A stretch of 59,568 nucleotides of DNA, filler included. It is 7 parts of 7 records of this genome, joined end to end, with 100 filler letters (N's around TTAATTAATTAA, not from the genome) between each part and the next. Parts side by side here need not be neighbours in the genome. Positions count along the whole stretch, not along the records: positions 6,018 to 12,936 come from SRR31156797_64646; positions 13,037 to 31,220 come from SRR31156797_64706; 5 more parts are not named here. The stretch is one strand, 5' to 3'. How positions within the stretch are numbered: position 1 is the stretch's first letter; the number at the start of each line of letters is the position of its first letter. The notes beneath the pieces were generated by a model. The model searched no databases, was not told where the DNA came from, and saw only the letters and a list, made by a program, of their open reading frames with translations. This document shows, in pieces, positions 11,147 to 21,193 of this stretch. A program made the position numbers and the translations under genes.

Positions 11147-11373
11147 TCTAAATCGTTAATTTATTGACAATTAATTAGGATGCTGTAATTATTTATTTGG
11201 AGCCGATATGCAGGCTTGTATTTTTTTTCTTGAATCGAACTACCCTTTTCATTAACAATTTCGAATTAATTAGTTCCGATTTATAAATCCGAATCTCTTG
11301 CTCATTAATCCGAACTTCTGCACTAGCATTTCACCCTAGATTTGCCTCATAAACAATTTTAAACCTAAAAATT

Positions 11374-12363
11374 ATGGAAGCAAATAAAATGAAAGCGATT
11401 GTAGCAATTGGATACGGTTCGCCTGAAGTGCTTAAGCTTGCCGAGGTGGAAATGCCTCAACCAAAAGATAATCAAATATTAGTAAAAGTTCATGCTAGTT
11501 CTTCAACCAGAGCTGACGGAATGATTCGCACCGGGAAACCCTATTTCGGCAGATTAATTACCGGACTTTCCAAACCAAAGCACCCAATACCGGGAACAGG
11601 TTTTGCCGGAGTTGTAGTATCAGTTGGTTCTGCTGTTTTAAAATTTAGTGAAGGGGATGCCGTATTTGGTGAAACCACAACAGGTTTTAGTACAAATGCA
11701 GAATATGTGGCTGTAAATGAGGATGGTGTCGTTTTACATAAGCCTGAAAACTTGAGTTTCGAAGATGCTGCACCCGTGTGCGACGGACATCTAACTTCTA
11801 TTAATTTCCTCAAAGAAATTGGTAAAATTAAACCTGGAAATAAAGTATTGATAAATGGAGCGGCTGGCAGTTTAGGAACAGCTGCAGTTCAACTTGCAAA
11901 GCAAATGGGAGCTGAAGTAACAGGTGTATGCAGCACTGCTAATGTCGGTCTTGTGAAATCATTAGGTGCTGATCATGTGATTGATTATACAAATCAGGAT
12001 TTTACCCAAACTGATGAACGTTACGATTTAGTTTATGATACAGTTGGCAAAAGCTCTTTCCGAAAAAGTAAACGCATTTTAAAACCCAATGGCGCATATC
12101 TCTCGCCCGTATTAACCCTACCCTTATTATTACAAATGATGCGTACTTCGATATTTGGAGAGAAAAAAGCCAAATTCGGAGCCTCCGGGCTTAAGAAAGA
12201 TAATGAGTTGAGAGCTTTGCTGGAGGAACTGGTAGAAATGTTTCGCGCCGGCAAGCTTAAAACCATTATCGATCGTCAGTTTCCGCTTGGAAAAGTTGCT
12301 CAAGCCCATCAATATATCGATGGAGGACATAAAAAAGGAAACGTTGTAATTATTAATCATTAA
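11374..12363 (+). CDS. NAD(P)-dependent alcohol dehydrogenase / quinone oxidoreductase (MDR superfamily)
   Basis: YGSPEVL, VLINGAAGSLG, LGADHVIDYT, GHKKGNVVI. Confidence 0.9.
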   Translation: MEANKMKAIVAIGYGSPEVLKLAEVEMPQPKDNQILVKVHASSSTRADGMIRTGKPYFGRLITGLSKPKHPIPGTGFAGVVVSVGSAVLKFSEGDAVFGETTTGFSTNAEYVAVNEDGVVLHKPENLSFEDAAPVCDGHLTSINFLKEIGKIKPGNKVLINGAAGSLGTAAVQLAKQMGAEVTGVCSTANVGLVKSLGADHVIDYTNQDFTQTDERYDLVYDTVGKSSFRKSKRILKPNGAYLSPVLTLPLLLQMMRTSIFGEKKAKFGASGLKKDNELRALLEELVEMFRAGKLKTIIDRQFPLGKVAQAHQYIDGGHKKGNVVIINH

Positions 12364-12537
12364 AAACCTATAAATTACTATTGTTTGTGCAAAAAAAAAA
12401 TGATTAACAGTTAGTTAAGAAATGTTCTTTGACATCATTGTAGTTCACATTATTAGTAGTTTTTTAGATCATCTAATTGTGTGGTGATTTTTTTATTAAA
12501 CTTTTTTTCTTGAAAAAAAAAGTTGCAAAAAATTCAA

Positions 12538-12790
12538 GATCAAATTACGCTTCCGCCCGCTCTATTTAATAGATTAAATGAAATGTAAAAGCTGAACGAG
12601 CCTCTTTTACTTCATTTATATCTATTAAATATTCATTCCAACGCTAGCCCGCCAATTTGATCAGGCCGACCCGCATTTGGAGGTTCAGATAATTTAAGTA
12701 GTAACGGATAATTTCGATCGGACTGAGTGTTTTAAGCGGGCACCTTCTTATTCGAAGCAACCGTAAAAATAATTTCTGTAGAGCGGAGCC
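12538..12790. other. Structured non-coding element (candidate ncRNA or miniature mobile element)
   Basis: Long imperfect hairpin 12563-12631, outer GATCAAATT/AATTTGATC inverted repeat, distal complementarity CCGCTCTA/TAGAGCGG. Confidence 0.4.
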
Positions 12791-12809
12791 CAAAACCTCA
12801 AATACTTTC

Positions 12810-12869
12810 GTCATTACGAGGAGTCTATCCTCCGTAGCGCAGCGAAGGAGGTGATGACGAAGTAATCTC
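12810..12869. repeat. GTCATT(A/G)CGAG...GAAG(T/C)AATCTC-type palindromic repeat with a nested CCTCCGTAGC...GCGAAGGAGG hairpin
   Basis: GTCATTACGAGGAG (12810), GACGAAGTAATCTC (12856-12869), inner element 12829-12851. Confidence 0.6.
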
Positions 12870-12936
12870 GTGATTGCATGAAGAAACAGATTTAACTTTT
12901 ATTATAGCCAAAAATGAAGAGCCCGTCGGCTTGAGA

Positions 12937-13036
12937 NNNNNNNNNNNNNNNNNNNNNNNNNNNNNNNNNNNNNNNNNNNNTTAATTAATTAANNNNNNNN
13001 NNNNNNNNNNNNNNNNNNNNNNNNNNNNNNNNNNNN
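12937..13036. other. Artificial contig linker
   Basis: 44 N + TTAATTAATTAA + 44 N. Confidence 0.98.
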
Positions 13037-13243
13037 CGGATTGATCAATCCGGACAGGTCGGGGAAACATGGACGAAATGGCGTCAACGGACTTTTCGAC
13101 AAAGGCTCTCCACCGAATAGTCCCAAAGTTCTTTTCGTATTTGGCATTAGAAACGACCCAATTTCTCGTAAACTCTGCGCACCAGAGCTACATTCTAGTG
13201 GTTGAGTGACCCCACGAGCCAGACTTTCAGGAGAAGGAATCAC

Positions 13244-14281
13244 ATGACAAAAACGGTATTGGTTACGGGCGGCGCCGGCTTCATAGGTTCAAACTTCGTC
13301 CATCATATAAAACGTAAGTATAAAGATTATCGGATTCTCGTTCTGGACGCTCTTACGTATGCCGGATTTGTAGAGAACTTGCCGGAAGAAATGATCAGTG
13401 CCAACCATGATCTCTACCACTTCTGGTATGGAAACGTCTGCAACCCGGATATCGTGAACACTCTGGTCGAACAATCTGATTTTGTCGTGCATTTCGCGGC
13501 AGAAACGCACGTCACAAAATCCATCTTCGACAACCGGCTGTTTTTTGAAACGGATGTTCTGGGAACTCACACGATTGCCAATGCCGTTCTGAAATATAAA
13601 AACCGTATTGAAAAATTTGTTCATATTTCAACATCGGAAGTTTACGGAACTGCAGATAAGGAGTTCATTGACGAGAAGCACTCGCTCAATCCCATGAGTC
13701 CTTACGCAAGCGCAAAGTGCGGGGCGGATCGCCTTGTCTATTCATATTGGACAACCTTCGGGATACCTGCCGTTATCTTGCGGCCCTTCAACAATTTCGG
13801 GCCGAGACAACATCTGGAAAAACTTATTCCCCGCTTCATTACAAGTATCTTGCTTGATGAACCCATGACCATTCACGGAGATGGATCTGCAGCGCGCGAT
13901 TTCGTTTTTGTCGAGGATGTCTGTGATGCCATTGACAAAATCCTGCACGCCCCAAACGAAAAAGTTGTCGGAGAAGTCTTCAATGTTGCAACGGGCAAAC
14001 ATCGCTCCATTTCCGATGTTGCCGACACAATCCTTACCTTGATGGACGGAAACAGGGGAAATATCGTCTTCACACAAGATCGCCCCGGGCAAGTTGCACG
14101 ACATACCGGGGACTGGTCAAAGATAGAACAAAACCTCGGGTGGCAACCGAAAGTCAGCTGGGAAGAAGGAGTTCAGAAAACCATAGATTGGTTTGAGAAC
14201 AATAAGGAGCATTGGCGGAATCAGATTTGGCTCCGCAAATCGCTTGTCCATCTGCCGGACGGAACAACGGAGTATCAATAG
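13244..14281 (+). CDS. rfbB: dTDP-glucose 4,6-dehydratase-like SDR
   Basis: VTGGAGFIGS, LDALTYAG, HFAAETHV, YASAK; ATG 13244 follows AGGAGAAGGA. Confidence 0.85.
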   Translation: MTKTVLVTGGAGFIGSNFVHHIKRKYKDYRILVLDALTYAGFVENLPEEMISANHDLYHFWYGNVCNPDIVNTLVEQSDFVVHFAAETHVTKSIFDNRLFFETDVLGTHTIANAVLKYKNRIEKFVHISTSEVYGTADKEFIDEKHSLNPMSPYASAKCGADRLVYSYWTTFGIPAVILRPFNNFGPRQHLEKLIPRFITSILLDEPMTIHGDGSAARDFVFVEDVCDAIDKILHAPNEKVVGEVFNVATGKHRSISDVADTILTLMDGNRGNIVFTQDRPGQVARHTGDWSKIEQNLGWQPKVSWEEGVQKTIDWFENNKEHWRNQIWLRKSLVHLPDGTTEYQ

Positions 14282-14411
14282 GCAAGCAACGCACTAAACA
14301 AAAACGGTTCCGACTATAGGTCCGATAACTTCCCCAGCCCGCCATTCTGTGTATTTGGGATATGGACCGCTAATGCCCTCGCATCAACAAATAAGAGTGA
14401 TACTATAAATT

Positions 14412-15428
14412 ATGGATCCCAATAGCCGCTCATTTGGAAAAAAGGGAATGATCGAGATCAGTCTCGTGAGCGCCCTTTTTAATGAAAAACAGTCCGTTGA
14501 GCGGTTGTTGGAAGAACTGGATAAGGTTTTCAGAAACGCGGATCACTCTTACGAATTGATTATTGTCGATGACGGATCAAACGATGGATCCATTGATGTT
14601 CTCAAGTGTCATGTCGGCCTAATTCCCAATCTTCGCATCTTGGAACTTCATAAAAACAAGGGTCAGGTCGTTGCTCTCGGTGCAGGCATGTCTATCGCAC
14701 GCGGGAATTGGGTCATCATGATGGATGCGGATTTGCAGCACGACCCGGCGTTCGTTTCAAAATTTATCTCGCTCAGCGAAGATGGATACGACCTAATTGC
14801 CAGCTACCGGGAACGCCGCGAGGAAAAGGTCCTTCGCAAACTGGTTACGGCGATTGGAAATCGCGTGAACCGCTATCTCATCGGAGTCGACATCAAGGAT
14901 TTTGGTTCCGCCTTTCGCATGATTCATTCCGATGTTCTCAAGTCGATTACCGATGCCAACGGCTACGTCCACTACAACACGCCCGCGATTTATATGAATG
15001 CACGAAACCGGACGGAGATTCCCATAACCCAGCATCAGCGGCCCTATGGATCGAGCAAATGGTCGTTGCTGGATTTCATCCTTTTTAATATGGATATCGT
15101 CACCGTATCCCCCCGATTAACCCAAATCCTTCTTTATATGAGCGGCCTGGGTGGTTTAATCGGAGTTACGCTGTACATCATGCACATTTTCGGCATTTTC
15201 CCAGATGTATCGGCAATCTCCGCCCCTGTCTCGATCGCTTTTACTTCATTTATCCTCGCAGTTCTTGCCATCGTTTGGCGTGAGGTTATTGAGTTAAAAA
15301 AGATTGTTCGAAACCAACCGCCATTTCTCATACGCACAATCTGGTCCGACAGCGTCGCCGAATGTGATTGTCCGGTCCAAAACCCCGGCGACGCACGGAA
15401 CAGCGGCAATAAACGGGTGAAAAAGTGA
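14412..15428 (+). CDS. Glycosyltransferase family 2 (ArnC/GtrB-like)
   Basis: VDDGSND, MDADLQ, C-terminal TM pair. Confidence 0.88.
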   Translation: MDPNSRSFGKKGMIEISLVSALFNEKQSVERLLEELDKVFRNADHSYELIIVDDGSNDGSIDVLKCHVGLIPNLRILELHKNKGQVVALGAGMSIARGNWVIMMDADLQHDPAFVSKFISLSEDGYDLIASYRERREEKVLRKLVTAIGNRVNRYLIGVDIKDFGSAFRMIHSDVLKSITDANGYVHYNTPAIYMNARNRTEIPITQHQRPYGSSKWSLLDFILFNMDIVTVSPRLTQILLYMSGLGGLIGVTLYIMHIFGIFPDVSAISAPVSIAFTSFILAVLAIVWREVIELKKIVRNQPPFLIRTIWSDSVAECDCPVQNPGDARNSGNKRVKK

Positions 15429-15806
15429 TTGCTGAAGACGCTTTGAGGGCACCAAGTAAAGAATGAAGGAATTGGACGGAAAAGCACATTCTGAATATCT
15501 GAGGTTGTGTGCTGACGAACCTTATTCGAGGCACATAAAAGCAGAAAGATGAACTGATACTGAAACCTGCTCGGGTATTGGCCGATAAACCCCAAAACAG
15601 AACGTAAATCGGCGCGAGAGTATTTTCTTGCAGGTTAGATTCAGACCAATTGAGCCCTCCCGACCCAACTCAAACCCGCCAGCCAAACTTCCGCACGGGA
15701 AATGTTATTCCGGATGAAGAAAGTTTGGATAAAGATAGCGTCGAAACTAGAATACTCTGGAATACATTAGATCATACCTTCCAACTATGTGGGCCGATGC
15801 TGAACT

Positions 15807-16712
15807 ATGACTAAAAAAGAATACGATAAGCTGATTGATGATCATTACACCAAACAGGCCGTTGAGCATGGAAAATCAAAAAACTCGACGATGCCGGATG
15901 ACACTATTCGCGACAAAGAAACAAATATCATAAAGGAGGTCTTGGCTACCTATTGCCGGGCCAAATCAAATAGTCGAGATTCTGCAGGAGAGTCCGCTGA
16001 CGAAACCAGACGGCAAAACCCACTTATTAAGGTTATCGATGTCGGATGTGGCAATGGTTATACGATTGATCAATTGCAAAACGACGATTCATTAAATGCA
16101 CAGTATTTAGGAATTGAAAAAAACGCAAAATTACGTACGGTTGCAATTGATGCATTTCTGAATGTGGAAAATGTAGTCATTGAATCAGGAGATATAAGAA
16201 GTCCTGATTTTGCGACCGGAAAGTATGATGTTCTAATATGTCAAAGAGTTTTAATCAATTTATTGAGTGCCGAAGACCAAAAAACAGCACTAGGTAATTT
16301 GGTCGAAGTTGTTAAAAATGATGGTCTCCTTATATTTTGCGAGGCTTTTCAAAGCGGATTGGATAGGCTGAATTTAGCGCGAGAAGAATTCGGTTTGGAC
16401 CCAATCGATCCGGCATATCATAACGAATATTTACCGGATGATTTTTTCTCGCGTGATGAATTGGTTCCGTACCTGGATGACAACAGTGATTTACCATTAA
16501 GTAATTTTTCGTCCACTCATTATTATGTTAGCCGCGTACTGCGGCCGGTATTTGAGAAAGCACTGAATTTACCCTTCAAAAGAAATACTGAATTTGCCAA
16601 ATTCTTTTCGTCTACGCTACCCGATGCGGAAGAACTGTATTCACCCCTGCAATTTCGAGTATTTAGAAAACGCGATACAGCGCCGACTACTCCCGCGCAT
16701 CAAAAGATCTAG
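15807..16712 (+). CDS. Class I SAM-dependent methyltransferase
   Basis: VIDVGCGNG motif I, QRVLINL; visibly more AT-rich than flanking genes. Confidence 0.85.
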   Translation: MTKKEYDKLIDDHYTKQAVEHGKSKNSTMPDDTIRDKETNIIKEVLATYCRAKSNSRDSAGESADETRRQNPLIKVIDVGCGNGYTIDQLQNDDSLNAQYLGIEKNAKLRTVAIDAFLNVENVVIESGDIRSPDFATGKYDVLICQRVLINLLSAEDQKTALGNLVEVVKNDGLLIFCEAFQSGLDRLNLAREEFGLDPIDPAYHNEYLPDDFFSRDELVPYLDDNSDLPLSNFSSTHYYVSRVLRPVFEKALNLPFKRNTEFAKFFSSTLPDAEELYSPLQFRVFRKRDTAPTTPAHQKI

Positions 16713-16910
16713 TGTCAGATTCGTCCGGGCGCCAATCTGGCTGGAAATGTTTACTGCGGACGGAACGTGTTAGTTAGAACAGGCGCTTCCGTCATTCCGA
16801 AAACCACGATTGGGGAACATGCGGTGATTGGCTCGGGTAGTGCTGTGGTCACCGATGTGCCGGCTGGCGTCATGGTGTTCGGTTGCCCGGCAAAGGTCAG
16901 CATCCGATAG
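16713..16910 (+). pseudogene. C-terminal remnant of a NeuD/PglD-like hexapeptide O-acetyltransferase
   Basis: Manual translation CQIRPGANLAGNVYCGRNVLVRTGASVIPKTTIGEHAVIGSGSAVVTDVPAGVMVFGCPAKVSIR*; no N-terminal part. Confidence 0.8.
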
Positions 16911-16929
16911 CAAATCAAGGTATTCAGCG

Positions 16930-18378
16930 ATGACTTACCGCGCCCAATTAGGAGTGTTCATATTTGCGCTGGCGGCGCGTGCAGCGTTGCTTGTTTACAA
17001 CGAACTGTTCGTCGCACTGGATCCATTTTGGTCCTGGCAAGCCAGAGCCGGGCTGATTTTGGTGTTGAGCGATTTTGGCGCGACGTCACTTGGCCAGACC
17101 TTCGAGGTCCTGCACCATATGACGGTCGATGAGGCCATGCAGGGATGGCCAGCCATGGACCGGGGAATCGCCTATGTGCACATGGTGCTGAAAACGATTT
17201 CCGGGACGACGAGTTACGGATTATTGCAGGCCTTGCAGATTGCCATCGACGCGCTACTGGTCTTCCCGCTAATGTCGATCGCTTATGCCCTGTCGCGGAA
17301 CAAATGCATCTCTTATTCGGTCGGCCTACTATATGGCGCTTTTCTGCCCCAAGCGTGGGTTGCCCTTCAGCCGGATTACAATACCTGGCTAACGACCGGC
17401 TATATCCTGTCGACATGGTTGTATCTAAAAATCATATCCCTCCCCTCGGAAGAATATCGTTGGCGTTCCTTGGCCCTTTATTCGATAGCCTTGTTTTGCG
17501 TCCTGTTAGGCGTCAACCAGATTCGTTCGACCATCGTTTTGCTGCCTATCGGAATGGTTGCGTGGTGGTGGGCCTCGACGCTGGTCTCGACACGCTCGCT
17601 GGCTTTTCCACGCCGTAACTGGACGCCCGCACTAATACTGCTGGGAGTGGGTCTTTTGGTCATCGGCGTTAGCGGCGCTCTCAACAACGTTGTGCGCGAC
17701 GAGGCCTCTCCGGTCCGCTCAACCTTCGGACATGCGTTCTGGACCGGGGTTGGACAATTCGAAAATCCGCACGACCTACGCGACGCCGATGGATCGGTGG
17801 CGGCGTTCTATGAGAGCGAAACAGGAAAAAAGGAAGTCAGCGGAACGACTGGCGGCGTCGAATATAACGCCTGGCTGACGCGGCGCGCCGTTCAATTTGT
17901 CAAAGAATATCCGGCACTCTATGCCTCGATGGTGGCGCGCCGGGCGGTCCGGATTATATTTCCCAACATGCCGTTTACGGCCGTCGCCGACAAACCCGCC
18001 TACGACCGCACCGACATCGAACAGGTCCGAACGGCAAACAGAATCGAATTGCAGCAAAAATACGGCAAATTGTCGCCAACCACGATTCGGAATTTGATCT
18101 CCGAAGACCCGTTCTATGTGGTTGGTCTGTTTTTCCGTCTGGCCTTGCTGTTATTGCTGCCCCTGGGTTGCCTGTTTTATTTCGTATTTTCGGAACGTCG
18201 GAAACTCGGCCTGCTAGCGATCGTTCCGTTGGCCTATCATGTCATTACCCTGTCGCCGATTTACGCAACACCGATCATCCTGATACCAGCTTATGCCGCC
18301 GTTCTGCCGGTCGTCGGAATCGGTTGGTGGCTGGTGTTGCGGAGGTGTTCCGGCCTAGTGCGCCACGTTCGTAGTTAG
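16930..18378 (+). CDS. Multi-pass membrane protein, GT-C/ArnT-like fold suspected
   Basis: Many TM segments and a large periplasmic loop; start moved to ATG 16930 because the upstream extension overlaps the acetyltransferase remnant. Confidence 0.6.
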   Translation: MTYRAQLGVFIFALAARAALLVYNELFVALDPFWSWQARAGLILVLSDFGATSLGQTFEVLHHMTVDEAMQGWPAMDRGIAYVHMVLKTISGTTSYGLLQALQIAIDALLVFPLMSIAYALSRNKCISYSVGLLYGAFLPQAWVALQPDYNTWLTTGYILSTWLYLKIISLPSEEYRWRSLALYSIALFCVLLGVNQIRSTIVLLPIGMVAWWWASTLVSTRSLAFPRRNWTPALILLGVGLLVIGVSGALNNVVRDEASPVRSTFGHAFWTGVGQFENPHDLRDADGSVAAFYESETGKKEVSGTTGGVEYNAWLTRRAVQFVKEYPALYASMVARRAVRIIFPNMPFTAVADKPAYDRTDIEQVRTANRIELQQKYGKLSPTTIRNLISEDPFYVVGLFFRLALLLLLPLGCLFYFVFSERRKLGLLAIVPLAYHVITLSPIYATPIILIPAYAAVLPVVGIGWWLVLRRCSGLVRHVRS

Positions 18379-18383
18379 GTTGG

Positions 18384-19232
18384 GTGTCAACCGGACAGTC
18401 CGCGGCAGGAAAGACTTTCGCCGTCGGCGACGGGCCAATGGGAAAACTGGAGATTGGGCACAATATGAGTGATTCTCCGAATTTGGCGGTGCAATCGTAC
18501 TGGCAGTCCGAAACCTGCGGCACCGGCGACGAATTCACGGCGGGATTGGAAAAATTCAGTCCGGAATGGTTCGCCTCCGTCGAGGAAAACCGCTATCGGC
18601 TGGAACCCTATATCCATGCCGAAGCCCAATTCACACGCCATCGCGGCAAGAAGATCCTGGAAATCGGCGTCGGCGCCGGAACCGACCATCTTCAATGGGC
18701 CCGCGCCGGATGCGAATGCCACGGCGTCGATTTGACCGATGCCGCCATCGAAACGGCCCGCCAACATTTGGACCTGTACGGTTTTAAATCCGACCTTCGT
18801 CGGCTGGATGCCGAAGTCCTGCCTTTCGAAGACGAAAGCATCGATCTCGTCTATTCATGGGGGGTCATTCATCATTCGGATAACCCGGCGGCGGTCGTCA
18901 CCGAAATCCGGCGCGTCCTCAAACCCGGCGGCCGATTCGTCGGCATGTTTTACAACCGGCGGTCCGTTGCCGTGGCTCGCATGTGGGTGCGCCACGCGCT
19001 GGCCGCCGGAAAACCGTGGCGCAGTTTTGCCGATGTGTCCTGGCACCACATCGAAAGCATTGGCACTAAGGTCTACACCATCCCGGAACTGCGGGCCCTT
19101 TTCTCTGGTTTTCCAGGATTTCGGGCGCATTCCATCGTAACCCATTCTGACGAACATCGAATTCCGGCCTCGATCTGCCGATGGATTCCGGCAAGTTGGG
19201 GATTCTTCACCGCCGTTCACGCTACCAAATAA
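18384..19232 (+). CDS. Class I SAM-dependent methyltransferase
   Basis: ILEIGVGAG, LPFEDESIDLVYSWGVIHH, RVLKPGG; true start may be a downstream ATG. Confidence 0.9.
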   Translation: MSTGQSAAGKTFAVGDGPMGKLEIGHNMSDSPNLAVQSYWQSETCGTGDEFTAGLEKFSPEWFASVEENRYRLEPYIHAEAQFTRHRGKKILEIGVGAGTDHLQWARAGCECHGVDLTDAAIETARQHLDLYGFKSDLRRLDAEVLPFEDESIDLVYSWGVIHHSDNPAAVVTEIRRVLKPGGRFVGMFYNRRSVAVARMWVRHALAAGKPWRSFADVSWHHIESIGTKVYTIPELRALFSGFPGFRAHSIVTHSDEHRIPASICRWIPASWGFFTAVHATK

Positions 19233-19258
19233 TCGCAAGATAATCGGGTTTTCACTTC

Positions 19259-21193
19259 ATGTGCGGAATTGCCGGCATCCTCTCGTTTGACCCGGGTCAG
19301 ATGAAGGTATCAGAACCTATGGTGACCGCCATGCGGGACACCATGCCCCACCGCGGCCCGGACGGGGCGGGCACCTGGGTCGACGATGCCGGGCGGATCG
19401 GCCTGGGCCACAGGCGGTTGGCCATCATCGATTTGTCGGCTGCCGCCAGCCAGCCCATGGGGAGCGCCGACGGCCGTTATTGGCTCACCTTTAACGGTGA
19501 AATCTACAATCACGCGGAAATCCGCGCCGATTTGATCGGGCGCGGGCATCGCGCCTGGAAAACCGACCATTCCGACACCGAGGTCATTCTGCATGCCTTT
19601 CAGGAATGGGGGATCGACTGCATTCACCGATTTCGCGGCATGTTCGCTTTCGCCCTGTGGGATGCGCGGGATCGCGTGCTTTGGGTGGTACGGGACCGGA
19701 TCGGCATCAAACCCCTCTATTATGCCCGGGATGAACGTGGGATCGCCTTTGCCTCGGAAATCAAGGCGATTCTGGCGGGGCCGCCACGCCCGCGTGCGGT
19801 CAACGAAGAAGGTCTGTTTCACTATCTTTCGTTCCTGACCGTGCCAGCGCCGCAAACTCTTTTCAAGGGTATCAACAAACTGCCGGCGGGCACTTGGATG
19901 CGGATCGGGGCCGACGGCACGACCAAGCAACAGCGCTGGTGGGATCCCCTTGAGGCCGCCGCCGAACTGTCGCCGGTGCCCGAGCATGAAGCCCCGGAGC
20001 AGGTGCTTGAAACCCTGCGGGCCGCGGTTCGCGACCGCAAGGTCGGGGATGTGCCGGTCGGTGTCTTTCTATCGGGTGGGATCGATTCCAGCGTCAATCT
20101 TGCGTTGTTCTCGGAGGACGAATCCCGCCGAGCCAGTACCTTTTCGATAGGGTATGCGGACGATCAGGCAACTGTCGCCGACGAGCTGCCGTTTGCCCGG
20201 CTGATGGCCGAAAAAGTCGGGGCCGATGCCCATGAGCTCAAGCTTTCGCGCGCCGACCTGTTCGACTTCCTGCCCCGAATGGTGGCATTGCAGGACGAAC
20301 CCATCGCCGATCCGGTTTGCGTACCCGTCTACTACGTTTCGAAACTCGCACGGGACAACAAGGTTATTGTCTGCCAGGTCGGCGAGGGAGCCGATGAGCT
20401 GTTCTGCGGCTATCCGAGTTGGAAGGCGATCCTCGGCGTTGAACGCCTAAATCGTCTCCCCTTCCCCAGGTCGCTTAAAAAACTGGGTGCGCGGGCGCTT
20501 GATTCCCTCGGACATGGCGATCGTATCTACGCCGAACTGTTACGACGGGCGGGCGAAAACCAGCCCATCTTCTGGGGCGGCGCCGAAGCCTTCGCCGAAC
20601 CCGTGAAGCGGCGTTTGCTCTCATCGCGTCTTCGTCGGCAATTCGGCAAATTCAGTTCGTGGGAGGCCGTGGCGCCGATCTATGACCGGTTTAGGGAAAA
20701 AACGCCGGAACCGTCATTCCTCAACTGGATGACCTATATGGACCTAAATCTGCGGCTCCCAGAGCTTTTGCTTATGCGGGTCGACAAGATGAGCATGGGA
20801 ACCAGTATCGAAACCCGCGTTCCCTTCCTGGACCATCGACTTGTCGCCCAGGTTCTTGCCACTCCAGCAAAAATTAAAACACGAAATGGCGAACTCAAGC
20901 ATCTGCTGAAAACAGCGGTCGCTGACCTTATTCCACCGCAAATCCTCAATCGGCCGAAACAAGGCTTTAGCGTGCCGGTCACGGACTGGCTGCTCGGCGC
21001 CATGGGTGACGAATATCGCCAGACCGTATCCCGTTTCGCCGATGCGACAGATCTGCTCGACGCGAAATCGATCGACCGCATGCAAATTCGCAACCCGGGG
21101 CACCTATGGCCGCTGATCAATCTTGCGATGTGGTGGGAAATTTATATTGAGGGGCCGGCTCCGAAACCCGAGGTCCATGCCGCGGTTCATTGA
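19259..21193 (+). CDS. asnB: Asparagine synthase-like glutamine amidotransferase (polysaccharide amidation)
   Basis: MCGIAG, HRGPD, FNGEIYN, LSGGIDSS, GEGADE, RVPFLD. Confidence 0.93.
   Translation: MCGIAGILSFDPGQMKVSEPMVTAMRDTMPHRGPDGAGTWVDDAGRIGLGHRRLAIIDLSAAASQPMGSADGRYWLTFNGEIYNHAEIRADLIGRGHRAWKTDHSDTEVILHAFQEWGIDCIHRFRGMFAFALWDARDRVLWVVRDRIGIKPLYYARDERGIAFASEIKAILAGPPRPRAVNEEGLFHYLSFLTVPAPQTLFKGINKLPAGTWMRIGADGTTKQQRWWDPLEAAAELSPVPEHEAPEQVLETLRAAVRDRKVGDVPVGVFLSGGIDSSVNLALFSEDESRRASTFSIGYADDQATVADELPFARLMAEKVGADAHELKLSRADLFDFLPRMVALQDEPIADPVCVPVYYVSKLARDNKVIVCQVGEGADELFCGYPSWKAILGVERLNRLPFPRSLKKLGARALDSLGHGDRIYAELLRRAGENQPIFWGGAEAFAEPVKRRLLSSRLRRQFGKFSSWEAVAPIYDRFREKTPEPSFLNWMTYMDLNLRLPELLLMRVDKMSMGTSIETRVPFLDHRLVAQVLATPAKIKTRNGELKHLLKTAVADLIPPQILNRPKQGFSVPVTDWLLGAMGDEYRQTVSRFADATDLLDAKSIDRMQIRNPGHLWPLINLAMWWEIYIEGPAPKPEVHAAVH

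Noticed and set aside
12418-12440. GTTCTTTGACAT boxA-like motif as an rRNA operon leader
   Set aside because: No rRNA or tRNA sequence follows within the contig
16710-16712. Pyrrolysine or programmed readthrough of the methyltransferase TAG
   Set aside because: No pyl genes visible, and the downstream part is only a partial domain; gene replacement is simpler
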